Origin: Promethearchaeota archaeon
Lineage (GTDB): Archaea > Asgardarchaeota > Lokiarchaeia > Sigyniarchaeales > SOKP01
DNA: 10,126 nt
Assembly (NCBI GenBank): GCA_048938445.1
Contig: JBHLME010000092.1
Coordinates: 1 to 10,126 of the forward strand
Reading direction: 5' to 3'
Part shown: positions 1-7,492 of the stretch, in pieces
Position numbering within the stretch: the first letter of the stretch is position 1
Layout: every line of letters starts with the position of its first letter
Translations under genes and position numbers: made by a program
Notes under the pieces: generated by a model
Databases searched by the model: none
What the model saw: only the letters and a program-made list of their open reading frames with translations
What the model was told of the DNA's origin: nothing

Positions 1-7
1 AAAATAT

Positions 8-80
8 AGCCCCGGGCGGGATTTGAACCCGCGACCTTTGCCTTACCAAGGCAATGCTATACCGGCTAAGCCACCGAGGC
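8..80 (-). tRNA. tRNA-Thr (anticodon GGT), intronless, CCA not encoded
   Basis: The reverse complement folds as a cloverleaf: acceptor GCCTCGG/CCGGGGC, anticodon arm TTGCC-TT GGT AA-GGCAA (anticodon at 45-47), T arm GCGGG-TTCAAAT-CCCGC, discriminator T. The TTCAAAT loop, U73 and missing CCA fit archaeal tRNA-Thr. Confidence 0.97.
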
Positions 81-194
81 CTACATGAAAATATTTCCAA
101 TAAACTTAATAATTATTTTTGAATTAAAAATTTTTGTACTTGATAATTTTGGAGTAGTATTATAGAGTTCAAATAAATTATTGAACCTATAGCA

Positions 195-209
195 CGAAAT
201 GTTTAAATA
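195..209 (+). promoter_or_regulatory. Probable archaeal BRE + TATA box for the 248..1642 gene
   Basis: CGAAAT (195-200) is followed by TTTAAATA (202-209), about 40 nt upstream of ATG 248. The AT-rich context lowers specificity. Confidence 0.55.
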
Positions 210-247
210 TTATGAGGTTGATAAATATATAGCTTAAAAGACCAAAT

Positions 248-1642
248 ATGATAAAAATGAATAATAAAAAATATTATATTTTATTGATTTTAGGCATTCT
301 TGTAACCCCTTTTTACATGAATTTTAATAACAGTAAATATAATGAGATTCAACCTTCAAAATTGACTAAATTATCGAATTCTTCTTCAGTACAATGGAAT
401 ACCACGTGGGGTGGAGCCGAAAATGATTGGGCAAGCGGATTAGTCTTAGATTCGTTGGGGAATGCCTATGTTGCGGGAAGTACGGCGAGTTTTGGTGGAA
501 CAGGATTTAACATGTCATTGGTAAAATTTAATATTACTGGTGGCGTTGAGTGGTATAAAATATGGGGTGGGAAACGTGTTGTTTTTGGTCGAGCAATGGC
601 CTCAGATATGCTTGGTAATATTTACGTTAGTGGAGAAATTAGTGGTTATGGTGCTGGTAGTTATGATATTTGCTTAGTGAAGTTCAATTCTACAGGTGAT
701 GTTGAATGGAATAGTACATGGGGAGGTATTAATGAAGATTTTGGAAGTGCGATTACTTTAGATTCATCAGGAAATATTTACGTTGCTGGAGCGACACTAA
801 ATTTTGGAGCAGTAAGTTCTGATATGTGTGTGGTTAAATTCAACTCCACAGGTGGTGTTGAGTGGAATAATACCTGGGGTGGAAATGATTGGGATACTGG
901 TAATGCAATCACCGTGGATTCTTTGGGAAATTCTTATGTTACAGGATACACAACTAATATCTTAACAGGAGATAAAGACATGAGTTTGGTTAAATTTAAT
1001 TCTACAGGCGGCGTTGAGTGGAACTACACGTGGGGGGGAAGTAATAATGATGGAGGATTTGGTATCATTTTAGATGTATCTGGCAACATTTACATTTCTG
1101 GTAGTACGGAGGATAATATTGTGGGAGACGCTGATATATGCTTGGTAAAGTTCAATTCTACAGGCGGCGTTGAGTGGAATAGTACTTGGGGAGGAGTTAA
1201 CAATGATTTTGGAAGTGGGATTATACAAGATCCTTTAGGAAATTTTTATGTTACTGGAACAACAGATAATTTTGGAGCGGTAAATACTGATATGTGTGTG
1301 ATCAAGTTCAATCCTATAGGTGTTGTTGAATGGAATTGTACATGGGGTGGAAATGCCTATGATGTGGGATATGCAATTAACTTAGATTCATTAGGAGATG
1401 TTTATGTTGCGGGAAATACAGAAAGTTTTGGTGTAGTTAATACTGATATTTTTTTGGTGAAGTTCAAGTTATCCTCAGGAGGAGAAGTAATCCCTGATAT
1501 CCCAAATCCAGATCCTATAATTAATGGAGGAGAAAAAATACCTGGATATGATTTCTTTATGCTTCTAGGTATAACCTTTGTGATTTCCACATTGATTTTA
1601 TGGAGACAGTGGAGATTAGGAAAAAAATCTCTCATTAATTAA
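248..1642 (+). CDS. Cell-surface 7-bladed beta-propeller (SBBP-type repeat) protein with Loki-CTERM-like sorting signal
   Basis: Signal peptide (KKYYILLILGILVTP), seven 52-aa repeats of the form VEWNxTWGG...D..GNxYVxG...D..LVKFNSTGG, a Pro-rich linker, then IPGY + hydrophobic helix + basic tail. The start could be ATG 257 instead. Confidence 0.92.
   Translation: MIKMNNKKYYILLILGILVTPFYMNFNNSKYNEIQPSKLTKLSNSSSVQWNTTWGGAENDWASGLVLDSLGNAYVAGSTASFGGTGFNMSLVKFNITGGVEWYKIWGGKRVVFGRAMASDMLGNIYVSGEISGYGAGSYDICLVKFNSTGDVEWNSTWGGINEDFGSAITLDSSGNIYVAGATLNFGAVSSDMCVVKFNSTGGVEWNNTWGGNDWDTGNAITVDSLGNSYVTGYTTNILTGDKDMSLVKFNSTGGVEWNYTWGGSNNDGGFGIILDVSGNIYISGSTEDNIVGDADICLVKFNSTGGVEWNSTWGGVNNDFGSGIIQDPLGNFYVTGTTDNFGAVNTDMCVIKFNPIGVVEWNCTWGGNAYDVGYAINLDSLGDVYVAGNTESFGVVNTDIFLVKFKLSSGGEVIPDIPNPDPIINGGEKIPGYDFFMLLGITFVISTLILWRQWRLGKKSLIN
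389..1480 (+). repeat. Seven tandem 156-bp (52-aa) coding repeats (propeller blades)
   Basis: The repeats align without gaps at protein level. Some nucleotide blocks recur 156 bp apart, e.g. AATTCTACAGGCGGCGTTGAGTGGAA near 998 and 1154. Confidence 0.92.
1538..1642 (+). other. Loki-CTERM-like C-terminal sorting/anchor signal
   Basis: IPGYDFFMLLGITFVISTLILWRQWRLGKK has the motif, TM helix and basic cluster layout of PGF-CTERM-related signals described for Lokiarchaeota. Confidence 0.8.
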
Positions 1643-1691
1643 TCGATAACATGTTTTAAATTGATTCTTCAGAGATTAAAATATAAAAAAA

Positions 1692-1709
1692 TTATTTTTT
1701 TCTTTTCTT
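1692..1709 (+). terminator. Possible oligo-T archaeal terminator
   Basis: TTATTTTTTTCTTTTCTT lies about 50 nt after the stop at 1642. Confidence 0.35.
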
Positions 1710-1828
1710 AATGCTTAATAATATAAAATTAAATTATTAAGCAAAAATATTGATTTCTCATGTACTCTATATGATATTTTTAAAAGAAAAAATACTATAA
1801 TAAAAAAGAATAATTATTAAAATTAAAA

Positions 1829-2407
1829 ATGCCATTTACCCCTTTTCATTATCCTGTCGCATGGGGGCTTTCGAAAATAGATAAAAGACTTAGTTTACCA
1901 GGTTTAATTGTAGGGTCTTTCATTCCTGATATTGAAGTGCCTATTCTAATATTTTTTTTTAATGGAATTCTTCCAGATCATTTCATAATGCATAGTTTGA
2001 TTGGTGCGCTGACTATAGGAACCCTCATTTCAACAATCCTTACCATTACTCTGTATCCTATAATTGCCTCTTTAATCTTTGGCATTGATAAAGGAAAAAT
2101 AAAAGAAACATATAAATTTAGTCCATTATTAGTGCTTTCATGCTTGCTAGGAAATCTATTCCATATTTTATTAGATCTCCTAATACACCCTTATAATCCC
2201 ATATTTTGGCCATTTGTAGATCCTTACCAAATTGTTGGTATATTAGTCCTTGTTTTTTCGTTAGGGGGTGATTTAACCTTTGGATTCTTGCTTGCCAGGT
2301 TTCTAGTATATATTATAATGAGTGTATTAGGAATCGCAATTTTAATAAAAAGTAGAAAAAATTTTTGGGAGTTGCTTTTAGTAGGAAAAATTGATTTTGA
2401 AAGTTAA
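1829..2407 (+). CDS. DUF4184-like / YdjM-like membrane-bound metal-dependent hydrolase
   Basis: N-terminal MPFTPFH, plus GSFIPDIE, HFIMHS and HILLD...H..P..WP motifs and several hydrophobic helices. Confidence 0.82.
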   Translation: MPFTPFHYPVAWGLSKIDKRLSLPGLIVGSFIPDIEVPILIFFFNGILPDHFIMHSLIGALTIGTLISTILTITLYPIIASLIFGIDKGKIKETYKFSPLLVLSCLLGNLFHILLDLLIHPYNPIFWPFVDPYQIVGILVLVFSLGGDLTFGFLLARFLVYIIMSVLGIAILIKSRKNFWELLLVGKIDFES

Positions 2408-2414
2408 AATTCTA

Positions 2415-2519
2415 TTAAAAAATTAAATTTATTATAAAAAGAAAGAGAAATCCCATGGTGAATAAACTTGCTATTCCTATGATAGCAATTATAATTTCAT
2501 ACCATAATTTAACATTCAT
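2415..2519 (-). CDS. 34-aa hydrophobic membrane micro-protein, copy A (not in ORF track): MNVKLWYEIIIAIIGIASLFTMGFLFLFIINLIF
   Basis: ATG at 2519, TAA at 2417-2415, purine-rich leader GAGGGCAAGGGAAA-ATG. It is 27/34 aa identical to copy B, with 13 synonymous codon differences. Confidence 0.85.
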   Translation of the reverse strand: MNVKLWYEIIIAIIGIASLFTMGFLFLFIINLIF

Positions 2520-2572
2520 TTTCCCTTGCCCTCCAATATAATAAAAGTAATTCAACATGTAATAAAAAAATT

Positions 2573-2641
2573 TCATTTTCGAGTTTTCTTTTTAACATTA
2601 AGGTAGGCATATGGCTATTTATTCTTGAATCATAAATATTA
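2573..2641 (-). pseudogene. Possible decayed remnant of the carbonic anhydrase 3' end
   Basis: Reads ...KKKTRK-TGA against ...KKKSQK-TGA in the intact gene, with the stop the same 53 nt upstream of the micro-protein ATG. Further upstream there is a net 2-nt indel and an in-frame stop. Confidence 0.45.
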
Positions 2642-2878
2642 TTAATTATACCCTAGAAAGTAATCTATTTAGAGTAAAAAAGAAACAATAATATTTTTTA
2701 TTTTTAACGTATACCTTTTGGTAATTATATAAATATTTCAATTATTTACCACATGAATTTAAATACCAAAGGATGTATTTTAATTCTTGCCAATAGAAGA
2801 CTAGTATCTATAATCTTATATATAGATAAAATAATAATTTAATTTATATAAAAAAACAATTTATTGAGGATTATTTTC

Positions 2879-4558
2879 ATGCGGCTAAGGACAATTTTAA
2901 TGATTATTTTAGTATTAATAAGTGTAATTATTCAGCTTTTTGGAATACCCTTTATAGGTTTTTTTCAATCAAGTCATGATCTGGAATTTAATTATATTTA
3001 TAATTGGAATTTAGTTGGAACTGGGGGTTATTACGATGGTTATTCTGAGACCTTTAAAGCAGAAGGAAACTACAAGATAGATTTTAATGGGAATATAGGT
3101 AATGTTTCTGGTACTGTATCATGGACTTGGACTGAAAATGATTATGGCAACGTAATATCTTCAATTGATAATTATATCTTCTCATATTCATTACTCAATG
3201 GATCCTACATTTGGGGTACAGATCAAGATGAGATTGACACATCGGGATTAAATGTCTGGTTTCACATTCCACAAGGATTATCCGCACAAAACAGAGGAAT
3301 TTTAGATGCGAATTATACTCTTAGTGGACCTTCAACCTTTTGGGCTGGGAAACTAGTACCATTTTTGAGTGTAAAATTGTATTCAATAGGAACTTTTGAG
3401 AGAGATGATGAATATGGACAGTTTACTGCTAATTATATTTCTGAATATCATTTTACTCCATGTGGTTACTTATTAGGAGAACTCTGGACAGAAACAGATC
3501 GTGGATTTGACAAGGATACTGGAAGGTGGTCAGAATTTAACATAAATTCTTATGTGTGCGTAACATCGGCTAATTACATTCGACCATTTGATTTTTTGAT
3601 ATATTTTCTTACTTATTGGTCATGGATATTCATTATTGGTGTTCTATTATTCATAGTATATGAAAAATATAGATGGAGAACTCGCTATGTTTCTGGAGAA
3701 CTTAAAGCATCAAAGGATATTGTTATTGAGAGAAATCTGCCAAAAAATGCACAATTATCTATTTCATCAAAATATGTGGAATGTATACCTGCTTACTTAA
3801 CTAATGCGAATTTACAAGATAAACTAATTATTTCAGCCTATTCTCAAGACAAAATCTTTGGAATTGGTTTTATAGAACAAAAGCGAAGAGTAGGAACTTT
3901 TTTTGGAACATATATAAATGAAATGGTCAAGTTTAGTAAAGTGAAATATGCTTTTTGTGAATATGAGAACGTTGGTAAATTAAAAATAATTGAAGAATAT
4001 AACATTTTTCAGATTAATGATATACAAAATCAAGAATATAACTATGATGCCACCCTCATTAGATCCGGGACAGATTTTTATTTACCAGCAATAATGAAAT
4101 TAATTGCTAATGAAGATTATGGTCGTAAACGTATAAAAAGGACAAAATGGGTCAAAGAAGCAGCAAAAAATGATATTATCGTAGTAGCAACTGCAAAAAG
4201 AGATGACGAGTGGATTAAAGATATATTATATGAGGTACATTCAAGAAATTACCCAAAACCAGAAGGACATCTTGATGAAATTCTTCTTGGCGTAGGATTT
4301 GCCACACCTGGAGATATAACCGGATGGCTTTATGGGTTATACGTTCATCCTGCATTTAGAAATTTTGGAATTGGGAGAAATTTAATGATGGCACGGTTAT
4401 CAATGTTAAAGGAAATTGGAGTTAATAACGTTATAACAGAAATTGCTGATTGGAATGGTCCTGCAAAAAGTATATACAAGCATATCAACGCAGAAATCAT
4501 TGGAAAAATGAAACTTTTTGGAAGAAAAATGCCTAAAGTAAAGGTGAGAAGATATTGA
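2879..4558 (+). CDS. Membrane-spanning protein: signal/TM, beta-rich ectodomain, TM, cytoplasmic GNAT acetyltransferase (probably tandem, first copy degenerate)
   Basis: Hydrophobic N-terminus; second TM FLIYFLTYWSWIFIIGVLLFIVY followed by EKYRWR; GNAT motif A LYVHPAFRNFGIGRNLM and motif B VITEIADWNGPAKSIYK. I prefer ATG 2879 over TTG 2864 because GAGGA (2866-2870) sits 8 nt upstream. Confidence 0.85.
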   Translation: MRLRTILMIILVLISVIIQLFGIPFIGFFQSSHDLEFNYIYNWNLVGTGGYYDGYSETFKAEGNYKIDFNGNIGNVSGTVSWTWTENDYGNVISSIDNYIFSYSLLNGSYIWGTDQDEIDTSGLNVWFHIPQGLSAQNRGILDANYTLSGPSTFWAGKLVPFLSVKLYSIGTFERDDEYGQFTANYISEYHFTPCGYLLGELWTETDRGFDKDTGRWSEFNINSYVCVTSANYIRPFDFLIYFLTYWSWIFIIGVLLFIVYEKYRWRTRYVSGELKASKDIVIERNLPKNAQLSISSKYVECIPAYLTNANLQDKLIISAYSQDKIFGIGFIEQKRRVGTFFGTYINEMVKFSKVKYAFCEYENVGKLKIIEEYNIFQINDIQNQEYNYDATLIRSGTDFYLPAIMKLIANEDYGRKRIKRTKWVKEAAKNDIIVVATAKRDDEWIKDILYEVHSRNYPKPEGHLDEILLGVGFATPGDITGWLYGLYVHPAFRNFGIGRNLMMARLSMLKEIGVNNVITEIADWNGPAKSIYKHINAEIIGKMKLFGRKMPKVKVRRY

Positions 4559-5751
4559 CTTCCGTTTCTTTAAATAAAAAGGATATATATACAGAGTATT
4601 TAATGAATTCGAGAAATATAGAATTATATGAATGTTTTTCCCAAGATATTCAAATTAATCCTCAATTTAAATCACTTAAACAATGGATAAAAGTATATTT
4701 AGGACCCGCAACAGCAGATCTACATGGTATTCATAATAATAAAGTAAATGCGATTAGAGACGAAAATCGAAATGCCATTATTCCAGATCGACAATATATC
4801 ATAAATAATAGAAATTTTTACCTATCTGTTAAAGGATGTGGTGCTTATGAAGACATGTTTAACGGCGGAGAATTAAATCCAGATAAAATTAAAAAAGCTT
4901 GTAGAGATCCTTTATTGATTCAAAAAATTAACAATTTATCTACTGGATTGGGCTTTATCATGGCAGAATCATGGTTAGGAGAAAGTCCGTATGGTGCTCA
5001 AGGATTCATGAATGGTTTTGATGAATTGAAGTTTTCAATGGTTGCTGAAAAAAATTCTATAAATGGTGCTTATATTTGTCCAGTTATTGGAATAGTAAAA
5101 CTCCCAAAAAAAATAGAAGAGGTCGCTAGAAAATTTTTTTATTTTAGAACATATCAAGAACATTTTTATCAAGTCATTCGACTTGTTCCTTCAAGAGCAA
5201 GATTATATTTTGAATCATCTCATACTATAGCTGATCCAATTAATTTATTTTCAATTTTTGGAATTAAAACTCCAGAAGAGGTAGAACTCTTTGAACTCAA
5301 TTTTATAAAAAGCGGAATAGCTTTATTATCCCTATTTTCGCGATCCGCTAAAATTATAGGTAATAAAATATCGGGAATTGTATATCAAGATGTATGGATG
5401 GATAAGGATTGTATTGTGGCTCCGGATGGAATTATTCACTTTGCTGATTTAGAAGGTTTAATTTGGAAAAAAACTACCTATGATAACTTTCCAAAAATCC
5501 AGAAGATCGAGTGGGAAAAATTAGTTTTTGAGTTTTTATTTGCTCTAGTTAAAATTGATGATTACAGGCATTATTTATTAGAAGATAAAATAGAATGGGA
5601 AAAACAACGTAAGGAACTCGCACTTTATGTTCAGCTTTCATTAGATAAAGATCTATATGCATATCCAAAAGAAAAAAATGGGGATTTAAAAATTATAATT
5701 GAAGGACCCGAACTTCCTTCTGTTGAAGTCATGTTCTTAGAAAAGGTGTGA
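4555..5751 (+). CDS. Atypical protein-kinase-fold protein, remote SelO/YdiU-like (putative AMPylase or kinase)
   Basis: TTG start overlaps the previous TGA, with SD GGTGA at 4543-4547. Motifs in order: LSVKGCG, DELKFS, IRLVPSRARLYFE, QDVWMDKD...ADLEG. These compare with SelO LKGAG, RE, RVAPSHLRFGHFE and HGVMNTDN...DYG. The ORF is secure but the family is inferred. Confidence 0.65.
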   Translation: MTSVSLNKKDIYTEYLMNSRNIELYECFSQDIQINPQFKSLKQWIKVYLGPATADLHGIHNNKVNAIRDENRNAIIPDRQYIINNRNFYLSVKGCGAYEDMFNGGELNPDKIKKACRDPLLIQKINNLSTGLGFIMAESWLGESPYGAQGFMNGFDELKFSMVAEKNSINGAYICPVIGIVKLPKKIEEVARKFFYFRTYQEHFYQVIRLVPSRARLYFESSHTIADPINLFSIFGIKTPEEVELFELNFIKSGIALLSLFSRSAKIIGNKISGIVYQDVWMDKDCIVAPDGIIHFADLEGLIWKKTTYDNFPKIQKIEWEKLVFEFLFALVKIDDYRHYLLEDKIEWEKQRKELALYVQLSLDKDLYAYPKEKNGDLKIIIEGPELPSVEVMFLEKV

Positions 5752-5757
5752 AATTAA

Positions 5758-7209
5758 ATGAAATGTGAAAGAGCGCTAAAAATCTTATTAAATGTGAAAA
5801 GTGGTTTTGATATTAAATTAAATCAGGAAGAAATTGAAGAATTAATTCAACTCGGATTTGTTTCTTTATTTGAATTGCCTGTTGGTAATATTGATTTAGA
5901 TGAGGAATTGAGTAATCTTAAAAATAAGTATGTTCAAACGTCTGCTGAATTGAGAAAGCTTAGTAAAGAGATCATAGGAATTAAAGGGGATTATAACCAA
6001 CTCTTTAAATACAAGAAATTATTTGGGTTGCTTTCACTAAGAAAAATAATAAAATTAAAATTCCATTTAAAAGAATTAAAAGGAAAATCATTAGAAAAAG
6101 AAGATCAATTATATTTCTTTAAAAATCGCATATTAAACTTAAATGCAGAAAAAAAAGCTTTTAAAAATGCCATAAAGGTAAATGGAAAGCGAATTTCTCT
6201 TACTCCCTTGGGGGATACCTATATTGATGAAATTAAGGCAAGGAAGCGATTTTTTTCAAAAGATTTGATTGAAATAGTAAATCTTATCGAAAAACTTGAT
6301 GATCAATATTCAAGACTTTTAAATCAATTGGAAAATTTAATGAAAAGGAATTATTTTACACCAATATGGGGTTTATTTTTCATGAATATGGGAATGGTGA
6401 AACTGGGGAGTATCATGAATAGTATTACAAATAAATATTATTGGCCTAAAGCTCAAAAAAAAATGATGAAATTATCCATCAGTCAGTTAATAGATCCAAC
6501 TACAATTAATACAAGGTCTGCTACCATAACTTTAAATGAATATTCAAGCCACAATCCTTCAGAAAAATTAAATAGAATGTTTTATAAGAATAATCTTAAT
6601 ACTTATCTTAAACCTTTCAATGAAATAATCGAATTCATGGGGAATTTATTTGTAGCTTCATTTCTTGATTTCGATCCAGCAGAAAATGAAACTAATAAAT
6701 TTCTTGAACAACTAGATAATCATTTAAAAAATCAAATAATTAAAACTAAGAATAAAAAATATACAACAGCATCGCTATTAATCTTAGCTTTATCTCCAAA
6801 TCCCGAGAAATATCAATATTTTAATACTTTATTTACTGAAGCTCCAAATGGAAAAGAAATTTTTTCAACAATCGCCACGTTATTTCCATGGGATGTAGAG
6901 GAAACTTGGATGGTTTTATTACGAGCGGAATCTGTCATATTAAGAGCTCAAAGTGCAAAATTTATTCCTGAACTACTCGTATATGCATTATTATTAACTA
7001 TGAACCCAAGTATCCTTAATATAGAAGAGAATCTTGAAATGGAGGACTTAAAAAGATGGAGGTATTTAATCATACCCACAATCCATTTATTGAATTATGG
7101 TTTAATGGAAGAAGGTCTTGAAACTTATGTTAAAAGCAGACCATTAGCTTATATCATTTCTCCAAGATATCGAGTATATTCTTCACTACATTATCACAGA
7201 ATTGGGTGA
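5758..7209 (+). CDS. Hypothetical protein: N-terminal winged-helix-like unit interrupted by a long coiled coil, then a helical C-terminal domain of unknown function
   Basis: 483-aa ORF starting 6 nt after the previous stop, SD GGTG at 5745-5748. EELIQLGFV (aa 27-35) and ISLTPLG (aa 146-152) bracket a heptad-rich K/E/L segment. Confidence 0.7.
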   Translation: MKCERALKILLNVKSGFDIKLNQEEIEELIQLGFVSLFELPVGNIDLDEELSNLKNKYVQTSAELRKLSKEIIGIKGDYNQLFKYKKLFGLLSLRKIIKLKFHLKELKGKSLEKEDQLYFFKNRILNLNAEKKAFKNAIKVNGKRISLTPLGDTYIDEIKARKRFFSKDLIEIVNLIEKLDDQYSRLLNQLENLMKRNYFTPIWGLFFMNMGMVKLGSIMNSITNKYYWPKAQKKMMKLSISQLIDPTTINTRSATITLNEYSSHNPSEKLNRMFYKNNLNTYLKPFNEIIEFMGNLFVASFLDFDPAENETNKFLEQLDNHLKNQIIKTKNKKYTTASLLILALSPNPEKYQYFNTLFTEAPNGKEIFSTIATLFPWDVEETWMVLLRAESVILRAQSAKFIPELLVYALLLTMNPSILNIEENLEMEDLKRWRYLIIPTIHLLNYGLMEEGLETYVKSRPLAYIISPRYRVYSSLHYHRIG

Positions 7210-7261
7210 ATTATTCTATAGAATAATATATTATCTGATGTAGAACATTATTTTAAATCAA

Positions 7262-7372
7262 TTAGATCAAGAATATAATGTTTATGATAAATAGAAAAAG
7301 AAAACCCATGGTAAACAATCCTGCCATTCCAATTATAGCCATTATGATTTCATACAATTGTTTAGCGTTCAT
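7262..7372 (-). CDS. 36-aa hydrophobic membrane micro-protein, copy B (not in ORF track): MNAKQLYEIIMAIIGMAGLFTMGFLFLFIINIIFLI
   Basis: ATG at 7372, TAA at 7264-7262, same GAGGGCAAGGGAAA leader as copy A, and 53 nt downstream of the carbonic anhydrase stop. Confidence 0.85.
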   Translation of the reverse strand: MNAKQLYEIIMAIIGMAGLFTMGFLFLFIINIIFLI

Positions 7373-7492
7373 TTTCCCTTGCCCTCTAATTTTATAAAAT
7401 CAACAAAGTTATGGATTAAAAAAAATCATTTTTGAGATTTCTTTTTTATTAACATGGGAACACGGATATTTATTTTTGGTATATAAATTTTA
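7268..7492. repeat. Diverged direct repeat, right copy (partner 2415..2641)
   Basis: Colinear similarity to the left copy across the peptide gene, its leader and the last codons of the carbonic anhydrase gene. Confidence 0.75.

Larger units (their letters stand above)
2415..2641. repeat. Diverged direct repeat, left copy (partner about 7268..7492)
   Basis: TTCATTTTCCCTTGCCCTC is identical at 2515-2533 and 7368-7386. 2573-2593 matches 7426-7446 at 19/21 with the same 4853-nt offset. 2616-2641 matches 7467-7492 at 20/26. Confidence 0.75.

Noticed and set aside
8-80. tRNA-Thr as attachment site of an integrated element covering this window
   Set aside because: The tRNA 3' end points out of the window. 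I saw no duplicated tRNA 3' fragment and no integrase here.
1402-1635. 77-aa minus-strand ORF from the track
   Set aside because: Entirely antisense to the well-supported propeller gene and has no recognisable motifs, so it is a shadow ORF.
2509-2610. 33-aa minus-strand ORF (MPTLMLKRKLENE...) overlapping the start of peptide copy A, like a mok/hok leader
   Set aside because: The equivalent frame at copy B has a TAG at 7388-7386, so it is not conserved and is probably chance.
2640-2863. Several TATA-like boxes (e.g. TTTATATA 2843-2850) and a possible ncRNA in the divergent intergenic region
   Set aside because: The region is too AT-rich to single out one promoter, and I found no convincing stable hairpin or RNA motif by eye.
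2864-2878. TTG start at 2864 for the GNAT fusion
   Set aside because: The TTG overlaps the SD-like GAGGA, which is correctly spaced for ATG 2879.
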